From: a virus
Reading direction: 5' to 3' (one strand)
DNA: 64,000 nt
Virus record (IMG/VR): IMGVR_UViG_3300009152_000041
Location: 1,901 to 65,900 of that record
A program made the position numbers and the translations under genes. Each line of letters opens with the position of its first letter. Position 1 is the first letter of the stretch. The notes under the pieces were generated by a model, which was given only the letters and a program-made list of their open reading frames with translations, had not been told where the DNA came from and made no database searches. Shown here one piece after another: positions 33,801 through 42,892 of the stretch.

Positions 33801-36800
33801 GCATTTGCCCAACCGTCTCCTAAGTCTCCACCAAGAAATTGAGCTACACCAGTTCCATTTCCTGGATAAATATTTCTCTTAAACAATTCTAGATCTGGTT
33901 GTGATGCAAAGTTTGACCACATCGTTCTCATTATTCCAACCATTGGCAATCTTACGTCAATACCAAATGGCGATCCACCTATTCCAGTTCCATTTGAATT
34001 ATCACCAAATGGATTCAAGACACCAGCTACTGTACCAGCCCCACCAGTTATACCACTACCTTGACCAATTGCCAGATGTGCATCTGAAGCTGCATTTCTA
34101 ATACCAGCATTTTTATTTCGCTCTTCATCTGTTAAAGGCTCATATAGCATCATACCGAAGTGCTTGATTCCAAATTTATTTTCAGAAAATACAGTTCCTC
34201 TTGTTGCATGAGCAAAAGCTTCTCTTGTTCTAGATGTACCCATCGAAAGAAGTCTAACCATTAAATCTCTTGGTTCAGATAAGTACAATCCAGTATTGAG
34301 ACCGCCATCTATATGGCCGCTAGATCCCTTTTTGTCAACAGAGTTTACCACTGGACTAAGTTCAATAGCGTCAGATTGACATGTGACAGTAACTATTTCT
34401 CCCAATTCAACTTCAGTTATTACACCGTTAAATATTGTATGAAGTGAGTTTGGATTTGCGCCATAACCAACTCTTAGGTGAACTCTTACACCTGGCTTAA
34501 GTCTTATGTTTTCTATATCAACAATGTATTGACTTTCCATATGACCTAATTGATTTCTTGCAAAATTTAAAGTTCTATCAATTACTTGTTCAAGGCCTGA
34601 AGTTAGTGATAATTTATCTACACCAGGCTTAGCGTCAGTCTCACCATTTCCACTGAATATTGTTGTAGCTTCTTTTGTAGAGAGCTTTGCGTACATATTG
34701 GAAGCTCTGAATACTAGCGTATCACCTAAGATATCTTCAGAAGATACTACGGAAAAATCTATTATGGACTGTAATCCGTAGAAATTATCAAATAGTTTTG
34801 TGCCGGCAAAATTCTTTTCATCTATCAACCAGAGCATATATGTAGGAAATGCCCTGATCATTCTTCCTGATATATCTCTGTACTGAGTATCTATCATCAT
34901 TTTTTCCCAGTGATCAGTAACACTTTTTGAGTTACCATTTGACTTCATGGTCTCTGGCTTACCCTCATCTCCAGATGAATATGAGTATTGGTATTCAGAT
35001 AGTGCTTTTGCTCCAGGAACTCCAGTTAGAGATTTTGTTGTTCCAACATCTGGCGTTTGAGTGTCAGTTATGCCTACATATTCAACTGAGCTATCTTTTT
35101 TAACAGCAACGTCATCTACAGTTAGATAAAATCTTCCATTCTTCTTATCTATATATCCAAACTGATATCCATCTGCAGTGTGCATCATTGATGGAATTTT
35201 TGTATCATTACCATCTGCTGCTGCTGGAAAAGTGTTTATAATAGCATGCCCATCTAGCTCGTCTGGATCAAAGCTTACGTAAGCGTCTTCTGCAAAGCCA
35301 TCGTTTTTTTGATTTCCAGATAGTGCGGCTTGTAATTTTGCTCTTGCTTCTTCATTAGAACTTGATAAATCTCCACCTCTTAACTGACCTGAAGATATTC
35401 TCCAACTAGAATCAGCTAAATCCTTAGTATCAAACTCACCTTCATCCAAAGAGTCTACATAGTCTAATAAGAATTTATCATAAGGTTGATCAACATCTTT
35501 TAAGACTTGCAATATATAAGAAGCTGTTTCTGAAGCCTTTAATCCTAAGGTTCCTCTAGAGTAAGCTTTTAGTTCATCTAATTTGTCATTTAATATATAC
35601 TCTCTGAACTTAGCAATGATCGCAGAACCCTTATATGAGGTTGATCCATATTGAGTTACTACGGTTACTTCTTGAGATGGATCAACGTTAAATGTATCAA
35701 GTCTAGAAAGCTTACCTTTATTATTGGTTACGCTATGTATAACGTCTCTATCAAACATCTCAAAACTTCTAAAATAAAAATCTGGATCAAGACATCCTAC
35801 AACTTCGCTGTCTTTATTTCTAATCTCTAATGGAAAATCTGGATATGAATTAAATGAGCCCCATAGTTGCTTCATTCTTAAGAATGGATTTTTCTTTGTC
35901 CCAAATTCTTCAATCATCTTTCTTTGTTGATCAGAAGATAACTGTTCACGTTTTTGCTGAAAAATGTCAAAGTCTACTAGTCTCAAAGAAACATCATAGA
36001 CATGTGGAAAATTTGGAATAGTTGAAACGTTAAAAGAAAGAGGAAGAACATATTTAACTCCAGCTAAAGCTGTTATTATATTCTTAATTCCCAAGAAGCC
36101 CATAACTCCAGCTGCGTTCTCAAGCCTAGCTAATCCATTAATATGATCAAATATTTTTCTTAATTTTATTAATTCTTTTTCACCAAATACTTTCATGGAA
36201 ATATTTATATAACTATCTCCACCACCAACGTGTTGATAAGTTGGCTCATCTTGCATCTGTACTTGTAGCGGGATTATGTTATTACTCATTGAGATAGAAA
36301 CGTCAGTAACAATTGCGTTAGCTGGATCTATGTCAACTCTTATCATTGGGACTTCCCACTCTCTTATGTGGAAACTTCCATTTCTTTCTCTAGCTGCTTC
36401 CATCAAATCTCTGATCGGTCCAGCTTTAAAGAATCTTTCATAGACCATAGCGCTATAGCCAGCTGCAAACTGATCTTTAATTAAAGATCTTTCTTGTTTT
36501 TTCCACTCAGCATCGTTGGTCTTTCCACCATTTATTGCTCTCTTCTCCAAGTATTCATCAACCATAAAGTCAAGATATGAACTAGTGCTTAAAGCTTTAG
36601 ACTTAAGAAAAGATTTTATTTGAGATAGTGTTTCATCTTTAAATACTATTGCCCCAAAAACATATCTTTGCACATCTTCATATGCGTTTTCTATCCTATC
36701 GAAATCTCTTAAGTAAGCTTTCCTGTCAGAGTCAAGCTGCAGTTGATTCTGAAATATAAAACTTGTTATAATAAAATCATAAGCCTTTTTTTGGAAATCT

Positions 36801-39241
36801 GTTGTATTTCTTCCCGCGGTTAATATGTCAATACTTTGTAATATTTTTTGATTAACAGTAAACTCAACAATATTTCCTGTTGAAGTTGTTATGACTGAAT
36901 CTAATGTTCTATGATATCCAGCTGAATCATTAAAGTCAATACCAAAGTTAGCCAACATTTGGTTCCAAAAACTTCTACCCGTATCAGTCAAACCTTTTTC
37001 TTCATCAGATCTAAATCCAGATATATCTGGAGTAAATATTTTAGTTTGAGTTTCAGCTGGCATATAGAATGATAAATTGCTACCGTTTGTCCATTCTCTA
37101 ATTACGTTAGTTGTGAACACTTCGTTCTTATAGCCAAGGAGAGCGTCGTTAACGATCTTCGAAGGAGATATCCCAGCTTGAGCAGATAGTCTATCTGAGG
37201 CGGCCTGCATACCTCTCAGGTCGTCCTGAGTAACGTCTCCATTCCTATCGGTGTCAAGCATTGCTTCAGCAATTGAAACCATTGCGTCTTTTGTTGCATT
37301 AATAAGACCCTCTTTACCAAACATTAAGAATTCTTCATTTATATAATTATGAAGAGCTCCAGCTGCCTTGCCCATATACTGCCTAAACTTACCCCAATGT
37401 ATTGCTTGATTAAAGTCATTAAGCATTGGCAAGAATGGCTTATGGTTAAAGTTATATAGATTTAATGTGACTACTAGTGCAAACGGATAATTTGGTATTG
37501 TGGAAATCGACATACCATGTAGTGCAACGCCTGTTATTCCATATACAGAATTTAAATAATGGTTTCTAATCGGAAGGAATGGAGCGTACTTAAACGCGGC
37601 AACCAGGCCTCTTAACGAGGAAAGGAACTTGTCTATCTTTTCTTCATTGTCACCATTGCCACTAAAATCTATTGTGAAGTTATCTTTAAGACTAATTTTT
37701 GAAGCGTCTTCAATCGAGATGCCCCATATCTCTTCATAGTTAGGAAAGAATAGTTGCATGCTGATAGTTGTATGCTTGTATCCAGAGTTAAACTTTGGAC
37801 TATTCTTTTGTCTTAGCGCGCCTTCTCCTAAACTGCTTGTCTTGAATTGAGTCTGAACATCAATACCAATTGGTGGAACATAAAAATTAGATGCCCCTAA
37901 TCTAAGATGGAATATGTCTGGAGAAGATGGTGGAATATTTTGCCTAAATGGAAATTCTGAAATTGCTTTTTCTATTCTTTGACCAGTATTAATTAAGTCC
38001 CACGCGCCAGTAAATATAGTTTGCCCTTTTTCTTGACCAAGAGCAGCCATTAAATCATCTAATACTGCTTGACCCTGATTAAGTTTATCTTCTGAACCGC
38101 CACCTTTTCCATCATTTGAATAGTCAGCTGTTGCTGCTAATGCAGCAAAGAAGAAGTTAACTAGTTCTGGAAAGTATCTATAGATGGTAGCTAGTGTTAC
38201 GGGATCTCTGGAGAGTCTTTGTAGGACAACAGTAAGCTGTTGAAGCCAACCGGTATCCCTTACTCCGTCTAGAACATTTGCTGCACCGGCGCTACCCTTA
38301 ACTCTTTCAAGGGTAGACAATCTGGATCTACCATATGCCTGCATTGCGTCGATGTAACTTAATAAATCAAAAAGACCTGACGCTTCAATCTTATAAAATA
38401 AAGATTTTTGATAAGTGTCATTCAATTTGATTATATCCATAGTTGGAGATGCAACTGCTATAAATTGATTAACGTAGTTATCTTGAAAAGCTCTATCATA
38501 AACAAAGCTTGGATTATTTTTTCTTACTAAATTTTCATAATACTGACTAATTGACGAATAAGAATTATCATGATTATCAAAACCAATTATAGCCGCTCCA
38601 CGAGATATAAACTCTTCTAAAACTGCTGCTCTTTCTATTGCTGGACCAAGTAAATCTTCTTCAATGGCTGGAGGTTCTTGAACATCTTCTGGTGTTTGTG
38701 GTGTGTCTGCTGGATTATCACTACCTATATTGAAATCTTTTACTCTTTGTCCAATAAAACTAGCCATTATTGTAGCTGACTCTATGTGGTGCCAGCAACC
38801 GCTAGTATTAGAGTAAGCAGCACTATACCATTCTTCAAACGCTTTTGCGTAAGCTACATCTGTTAGGTCAACATTTTTAGTTGGTATTTTTTTATCAAAC
38901 TTCTTCAGAATACTGTTGACTATATAATCTACTGGATTTTCACCAGTTCTTGTACCCTGTCGTTTAAGTGCTCTAATTGCTGCAGTTCGCCAAGCAACGT
39001 CATTAAAATCAGGTGGAGCAATTTTAATACCCCATGGTAGTCTCTCGACACCGGCCCACACACCTATCGTACCAGGAAATCCAGGTAGAACTGTTTGCAA
39101 TTTAGCTAATGCAGCACCAGGTAATATATTTGAATTTGTATTTAATGTTATCTGTTGAATTTCAAGAAAGTAATCGTCTGCTTGCTGCTTGGTGGTAAAC
39201 TGTTCTTTTATGTAGTCGAATGCTTGTTGATTTATAGCCAT
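27845..39241 (-). CDS. giant baseplate hub-like multi-domain virion protein, 3798 aa
   Basis: Hub/late-control-like segment (IENIRLKPGVRVHLRVGYGANPNSLHTIFNGVITEVELGEIVTVTCQSDAIEL), second similar segment (ELIVIGSPDIRPHDLVYLADVYERMYGIFEVEQVVHHFTPNMGFITSI), EF-hand-like loop, SNase-like C-terminal region. Confidence 0.8.
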   Translation of the reverse strand: MAINQQAFDYIKEQFTTKQQADDYFLEIQQITLNTNSNILPGAALAKLQTVLPGFPGTIGVWAGVERLPWGIKIAPPDFNDVAWRTAAIRALKRQGTRTGENPVDYIVNSILKKFDKKIPTKNVDLTDVAYAKAFEEWYSAAYSNTSGCWHHIESATIMASFIGQRVKDFNIGSDNPADTPQTPEDVQEPPAIEEDLLGPAIERAAVLEEFISRGAAIIGFDNHDNSYSSISQYYENLVRKNNPSFVYDRAFQDNYVNQFIAVASPTMDIIKLNDTYQKSLFYKIEASGLFDLLSYIDAMQAYGRSRLSTLERVKGSAGAANVLDGVRDTGWLQQLTVVLQRLSRDPVTLATIYRYFPELVNFFFAALAATADYSNDGKGGGSEDKLNQGQAVLDDLMAALGQEKGQTIFTGAWDLINTGQRIEKAISEFPFRQNIPPSSPDIFHLRLGASNFYVPPIGIDVQTQFKTSSLGEGALRQKNSPKFNSGYKHTTISMQLFFPNYEEIWGISIEDASKISLKDNFTIDFSGNGDNEEKIDKFLSSLRGLVAAFKYAPFLPIRNHYLNSVYGITGVALHGMSISTIPNYPFALVVTLNLYNFNHKPFLPMLNDFNQAIHWGKFRQYMGKAAGALHNYINEEFLMFGKEGLINATKDAMVSIAEAMLDTDRNGDVTQDDLRGMQAASDRLSAQAGISPSKIVNDALLGYKNEVFTTNVIREWTNGSNLSFYMPAETQTKIFTPDISGFRSDEEKGLTDTGRSFWNQMLANFGIDFNDSAGYHRTLDSVITTSTGNIVEFTVNQKILQSIDILTAGRNTTDFQKKAYDFIITSFIFQNQLQLDSDRKAYLRDFDRIENAYEDVQRYVFGAIVFKDETLSQIKSFLKSKALSTSSYLDFMVDEYLEKRAINGGKTNDAEWKKQERSLIKDQFAAGYSAMVYERFFKAGPIRDLMEAARERNGSFHIREWEVPMIRVDIDPANAIVTDVSISMSNNIIPLQVQMQDEPTYQHVGGGDSYINISMKVFGEKELIKLRKIFDHINGLARLENAAGVMGFLGIKNIITALAGVKYVLPLSFNVSTIPNFPHVYDVSLRLVDFDIFQQKREQLSSDQQRKMIEEFGTKKNPFLRMKQLWGSFNSYPDFPLEIRNKDSEVVGCLDPDFYFRSFEMFDRDVIHSVTNNKGKLSRLDTFNVDPSQEVTVVTQYGSTSYKGSAIIAKFREYILNDKLDELKAYSRGTLGLKASETASYILQVLKDVDQPYDKFLLDYVDSLDEGEFDTKDLADSSWRISSGQLRGGDLSSSNEEARAKLQAALSGNQKNDGFAEDAYVSFDPDELDGHAIINTFPAAADGNDTKIPSMMHTADGYQFGYIDKKNGRFYLTVDDVAVKKDSSVEYVGITDTQTPDVGTTKSLTGVPGAKALSEYQYSYSSGDEGKPETMKSNGNSKSVTDHWEKMMIDTQYRDISGRMIRAFPTYMLWLIDEKNFAGTKLFDNFYGLQSIIDFSVVSSEDILGDTLVFRASNMYAKLSTKEATTIFSGNGETDAKPGVDKLSLTSGLEQVIDRTLNFARNQLGHMESQYIVDIENIRLKPGVRVHLRVGYGANPNSLHTIFNGVITEVELGEIVTVTCQSDAIELSPVVNSVDKKGSSGHIDGGLNTGLYLSEPRDLMVRLLSMGTSRTREAFAHATRGTVFSENKFGIKHFGMMLYEPLTDEERNKNAGIRNAASDAHLAIGQGSGITGGAGTVAGVLNPFGDNSNGTGIGGSPFGIDVRLPMVGIMRTMWSNFASQPDLELFKRNIYPGNGTGVAQFLGGDLGDGWANAASLTPEDMPNPRLEYLNRLTDSSWNNLLQRYDGGSENASAAIDNLTQGMEARASGGTAAAVPGGGLLAAGAALAIGTGGIALPVIGGAMAVGGGASLLGSLTGRGGVNIWKTFGLISDLDDDMPGFDEVSFRAQTYMKSVWDLFQMCARLLPNYIVAVRPFEDRSTVFYGKPHWLYTSAVVPITTGFPSEKRAVELGLKTPSYRTPDSELMDLLTKVNKQSNSTADYEAMRQAQNPAISISEIVRQQSSYSDIYAPAGILRGKVINFLDPFRTAYYGNNKTTKEQLFNDIISEIPKNKGYVTVGFHLPIDSSGQASELDIEKIKGIHKEIPQMPLRFSFPFFTDRVAGAVLLDYAFYALSSNKSGEGDERLKTGTIHDGDKDFEKLGHDTLYTTLIDTEAGLLAGSLTDNREGGSEDEFAINLAGVSFTAAVNPINTFGNDKFIFDLNTSGVAGSKSLIRMPLPSLKEQTRGLDSLEGSWEYEYINQNRITSGSPFSYRDWGSPVSALDEQFYIAMRWPYEIIEDKDDEIFKKFKDKYFSDRDVNQFYGKPKDYKNRKVLVYSPTTRTAVVCKPAYFLWGTDKADLIDGNLSDAGNRTDDQFINFKADTFKEVDLAAVVSPDAAYFLGVMHLTENEKKYFGAESDETGNDNSSSNASAQALAKAGLAPVPMPRDCYFTFVDDSIPLGVVTTIYNPANEFNYNGETHVDMDYYIGFGAFSAEGDGKLIAEKANKSGMQKLGISGTADNLERQLELLNERPTAFTNTQWQEYIPVSGITLLDQGHFAEAAARGGNILAGKDQENSYFDYILKAEYSALEREKLYEVLDGELKTTGDEDSGAGRERFAPVYDPAAPESIKAREFFDEGFSPATHVIAGNGRNLSQANDIWDQFRFGYHNEISIKKIFFDAFGMDPDDTTPLPDFLVAILRDPKANPDIFKLFSANGPDSTAVDEFSLLLGSDFIANPNQRTGKPSGTADSMERQIETGVASSVSSDTVKQAIEFARKNLVDAPLDEGGLVRYFDALTKTKYKKLGLFLQSQSNLSLILGADVGGGQPKADDIIKDNFTPKQVFLLIVGMFRQAMWQDAYARAWLVLKPNRQYSSDDMWDFSPVHKIFAAFIDPNQDYASNKRKFLKLLADNKGEGNSAGNVVGVLTHNIDKFWDQNIGPLFTALSDGLSGLMNMFRMSMLQMGYGLSNIDNFSKQANIMNKVLNDSIYYSLGRPGSLLRAIDNPFTREYGEPVVEVREPFQKIHYLSSFSTIIANNIQETTTNVATQVTAVSEGKYPVTVALDKSIPAERQVEKTVETGLFFDNIAGEGLFGIAQPLFHPIEFARGAIKLSQGAPDELMARRVALAHLKESLKDIYSGELIVIGSPDIRPHDLVYLADVYERMYGIFEVEQVVHHFTPNMGFITSITPNALVTVNDPARWFMSSWIHSWMSIQNIRNDTRSLINSVQAGSTGILSGGNISVDGMSEALRSQMMGGVQFTHGSSALMSDIMANFAAEGLTDAQSQIENQMKQNSENGMSLTGIAATYLTTVGLTATAGALLGGPIGAGIGAGIASDLFWKGWKWVRDNVLDQHGCYISYLNKNGQPMDASLAINQGMVVGRYHTKRLLPGILGVKSKVRTVDGNAFIRNDDLLKSLGWKEKEITDLVRYVSYENALVNAEVLKYSGTGPDKTGLNQYFKVICKLNNVIDGDEIEVIDLMNPTGQPFKVRLEGIIASSLGTFQAYTNTSIQAGYKPDDPTTAINVNSPGGRAAIFVSERLRDKPFVIRISPNDQSSVSIYTEDDLSPGSRINNTNSYFKGVNYGDQEREKSLGTVFYRILDEDKETNISIVRSFFVQNLGLNIIQKKEKFKKNLYQESVFGQKFDEIYNSIYTSGMENHFEITGETDPLLTITNDERKLFNDLVNFKILEVLYSKASEWPYISWDEYYNDGVPATLNWELVTNNLAQVYTVDLLRERASTGGLDRSIPMPSLVEQKGGL

Positions 39242-39246
39242 GAATA

Positions 39247-39715
39247 CTACCTAAACATTCCTTCTATTTTACGCATTTGCGACAGTCTGTCTCCAGAAGA
39301 ATTTCTTTTTAAAGAACTTGAATAATTATCTATTATAGCAGAATTTTTTATATTATTTGAATTTTTAAACGCTAAAGAATTACCAGTAAGGGAAAAACTT
39401 TTTTTATTGTATCTTGCTTGTTGATTAGTTGGATTATCATAACCAGCTCCATTGGCCTGGATGTAAGCTGGAGATGAATTCATGTATCCTTCATATGATC
39501 CCTTTAGTGGATCAGATGGGGCTTGAGATTCTGGAGACAATCCCTGTATACTTGCAGATCTTGAGTCATTAACTTTTTTACTAAGACCGTGAATTAAGTA
39601 TCGCTCCAGCTGGGCTAGAATTACCACTGTTAGCTTTTGGCCCAGAGGCAGCTGCCGCTAGGTTAGCATTAGTTTTAGCTACCCCACCAGATCCAGTAGG
39701 AAGGTTATCAGCCAT
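39247..39715 (-). CDS. hypothetical protein, about 155 aa, via +1 frameshift at CGG 39587-39589
   Basis: ATG at 39715 with AAAGGA upstream encodes MADNLPTGSGGVAKTNANLAAAASGPKANSGNSSPAGAILNS-CGG-T; +1 frame continues LSKKVNDSRSASIQGLSPES. The track start at 39627 is then an internal GTG of another frame. Confidence 0.7.
39587..39589 (-). other. +1 frameshift site: TCA CGG T
   Basis: Codon 43 is CGG, followed by TCT TAG in the zero frame; +1 frame open for a further 113 codons. The only CGGT among nine sites. Confidence 0.7.
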
Positions 39716-39741
39716 AAAATAATTTATCCTTTAATTTAAGA

Positions 39742-42700
39742 TTAGAAAGAACCCGCTATATCGTCGTAAGGATTACGTCCTAAAGAAGGGAGGCTATTAT
39801 GCATAGTACCTTGGACATTCCCATTTGTTACTAATCCGAGCTCTACTCATAAATTGTTCCATCTTATCTTGATCTCCGTCAACCGATATATTATAAGACA
39901 TTCCTTGGCCTCCAGAAGAAATTGGAGCTTCTGGTATTTGCATTTGATTAGTTGGCATATTTTCATAAGGGTTTCCACCTGGAAGCAACGGTGGACCTGA
40001 TATGGATTGCTCATTGTGATCTTTACTCTTTACGTGACCATATACAGCTAAACCAGTAGCCAATGCTGCCACACCTGCAATCTTACCCTTGTTTCTAAAT
40101 GCTGCTTCTGCCGCTGGACCCAGCGCTCCTCTTTCTCCAAGTGGTTTCCCAGATGTAAAAAGGTCTTTTAGCATGTCGCCAATTCTTGTATACTTAGCCC
40201 CTGCTGCTGATTCTGTTGTTTCAGTAAAAGAACGAGTAACATCATCAATTAAATCTTCTCCTCCAGCAGCTCTTCTTTGCCCCTCTAAAACTTCGCGTGT
40301 TCTTTCTTCAAGTGATCTAATCCTTGGAAAATCTACATCAGCACCTTCTGCTGCGACCTCTGCAATGTTTTGCATTTCTTCTGTGCCAGCAAATTTTAGT
40401 GCCCTATATCTTGCTTGAATGCGTTCCAATCTTTTAATATACTTTTCGCCCTCTTCGATATCTTTAAATCTTCCAACTATTAATCTTCTTGATTGCTCTT
40501 GAGTATCGCTATCTGTCACAGATAGGGCTAAAAGATCTTCTATAAAAGCTTGATCCAAATCTGCTTGTCCGCCACCTGTAAGCCTTCCAGCTACTCTCAT
40601 TCTTTCTATCACTTGCTCAACACTTTGTTGGCCCTCTCCTCTAACTATACTAGGAGTTGTAAGAAGTCTTCCTGATTCTTCTGATGTTTCTGATGCGTAA
40701 TCAAATGCTCCTATTTGCTCAAAAAACTCTCTTGACAAAACATCTTCGCCATCTCTAATAGTTTTAACATCTTCAATTCCAGCAAGTTCTCTTAATATAT
40801 TAACAACATTTTCAGTTTCAGATTTTGCATTGTTTACCGAGGTTCTTGCTATGATATTTTCATTTCTTGAATAACTATATAATCTATTTAAACTTACTTG
40901 TCTTGCTTCACCTTCTGCTGCATCTATGGATATCATGAGTGCTGCATTTTCTGTTTCTAAGGCTTCTCTCATATACCTAGCAAGTACTAGTTCGTCTGCG
41001 TTATCTGACGCTGACAAATTTTCAATTCTTGTGTCTAACGCTCTCATTAACTCCGTTAACCTAATATCTCCATTAGCTTGAGATTGGAATGAGGTATTGA
41101 TCGTTGCCGCAATACTGTCTATTGATTGCTGTTTGGCCATTCTTAATTCATCAAGTGCTGCAGCAATTGATGCTTCAGGATTTACGCTAAATCTTCCTTC
41201 GTCTAAAATTTTTGCCTTCACGAGAGCGTGATATAGCTCATCATTAGTTCTAAGAGTATCTACTTTATCTAATTTTCCTAATAAAAATTCATTATCACTA
41301 ATAACCTTAGCGGGATTGGGTAATCCAATATCTCTACTTAAATTAGAAAGTATTTCATTATTCATTGAATCTACAGTGCTCGTTAACATACCTTCGCTTA
41401 TAGCACTGCGCGTTCCTTGATTAAACGCATCTCTATATTTAAATGTAAGTCTTTGCATTAGTTTTGCTTCGTCGGGCAAAGATGCTATTCCATAGGTTTC
41501 TGCTGCTTCTCCTGTTAGTTGCATTTCGTTAAGCAACATTGCCTTTTTTCGAACTCCACTAATTTTCCTTCCACTAATGTCTGTTGCTGAAAGAATACCT
41601 TCTAATCTAGCTATGGTATCCTGTACTGTTTTTACTGCTTCTGGACTTGCACTGTCGCCAATATCTCGTAGCGCATTTCTGTAACCAAATAAAGCGCTCT
41701 GTATAGTTTTATCTATTGTTTCTATGTGAGAACTTAATTTTGTATCTGAAACTAATCTATCAAATCCTGCTAATTGATCTCCTGTTTGACCTAACAAAAT
41801 TTGAGTTGCCCTTAATTCTCCTGTCATTGCCGCTGTTTGCATAACCATATTTTCTGCAACGTTTTGAGTAGCAACATCTATTAATCCAGTTAATCTTCCA
41901 GTGTAACTTTTATCAGCTGCTAATCTTTCAAAAGCTGCAAAATGCGCTGATCTAGAACTGGCAAAAGTTTCAGCCCACTGTGCTGCGTCTTGAGATTTAT
42001 CGAACTCAGCATACAGGGCAGAAAATGCAGTTCTATTTTCCGCAGTGCCGCCCAATAAACTATATACAGATCTGTTAACCGCATTTCTAACTTCTGCTTC
42101 ACTGAGTACCCCTCCAGCTTGAGCGTGGAAAATCCTTACTGATTCATACATATCTTCTAATGATCCACCAAAACTTAAAGTACTACTACCACCAAGAGAC
42201 GGGTCAATTGCAGCTTCTGGGTTAAATATTGGAATTAATCTTGACCTCATTCCATTTGCAATATCAGTATACCCTTCAGCTTCTAGCTTAGCTAGAACAT
42301 CTAATCTTTGCCTTTCTGTTGAGGCTGACCAACCAAGAGTGTTTACATAAGAACCAAGTCCATTTTCCGCACCAAGTCCACCAAGAGCTGTTCTTTGATG
42401 CAACTTTGCTACCGCATCATAAGCTGCATTGTATGATTCAGATCCAAGAGTTCCTGTGTCTCCTAGGAGTTTTGCTGATGCTCTATATGCTATTTCTGAA
42501 TCAGACATAGCTCTTCCACTTGCGGTTCTTAATTTTGCTGCTGCGGCCTCGTATGTTCCAGCTCCAAATCTTTTTTCGTATATCCCAAATATTTCAGAAT
42601 TAAACTTAGCGTCTTCAGCGATTGCTACGTTTGCGTCAAACAACTTTACAAATTGACTTTGACGATATTGAGATCCGATAGCAGTACCCTTACTTAATTG

Positions 42701-42892
42701 TTCAGCTATTTCTTCTTCAGTCATAGTTAGTAGTGATCCACCTTGCCCTGGCTTAAGTCTAGAAACTAGACCTTGATCTAATTCTGTTATATTTAAGAAA
42801 TCTTTATCAGCCAAACCGTAACGACCATTTAACTTAGCTAAAGAAATACTTCTTTTGCCATAATTAAATCCGTTCCTTCCCACCTTCTCCAA
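39742..42892 (-). CDS. large virion-associated protein, about 1049 aa, via C-terminal +1 frameshift at CGG 39836-39838
   Basis: Track ORF ends ...MSRA-CGG-ISNKWECPRYYA*; +1 reading gives ...MSRA-(G/R)-LVTNGNVQGTMHNSLPSLGRNPYDDIAGSF* ending at 39742. Confidence 0.7.
39836..39838 (-). other. +1 frameshift site: GCT CGG A
   Basis: Only in-frame CGG in this gene, near the 3' end; +1 frame stops 26 nt upstream of the next gene start. Confidence 0.65.

Noticed and set aside
39247-39627. Independent 126-aa gene starting at GTG 39627
   Set aside because: The upstream ATG ORF with a better RBS joins it exactly at the CGG site, and the first residues MVILAQLERYLI are then an out-of-frame artefact.
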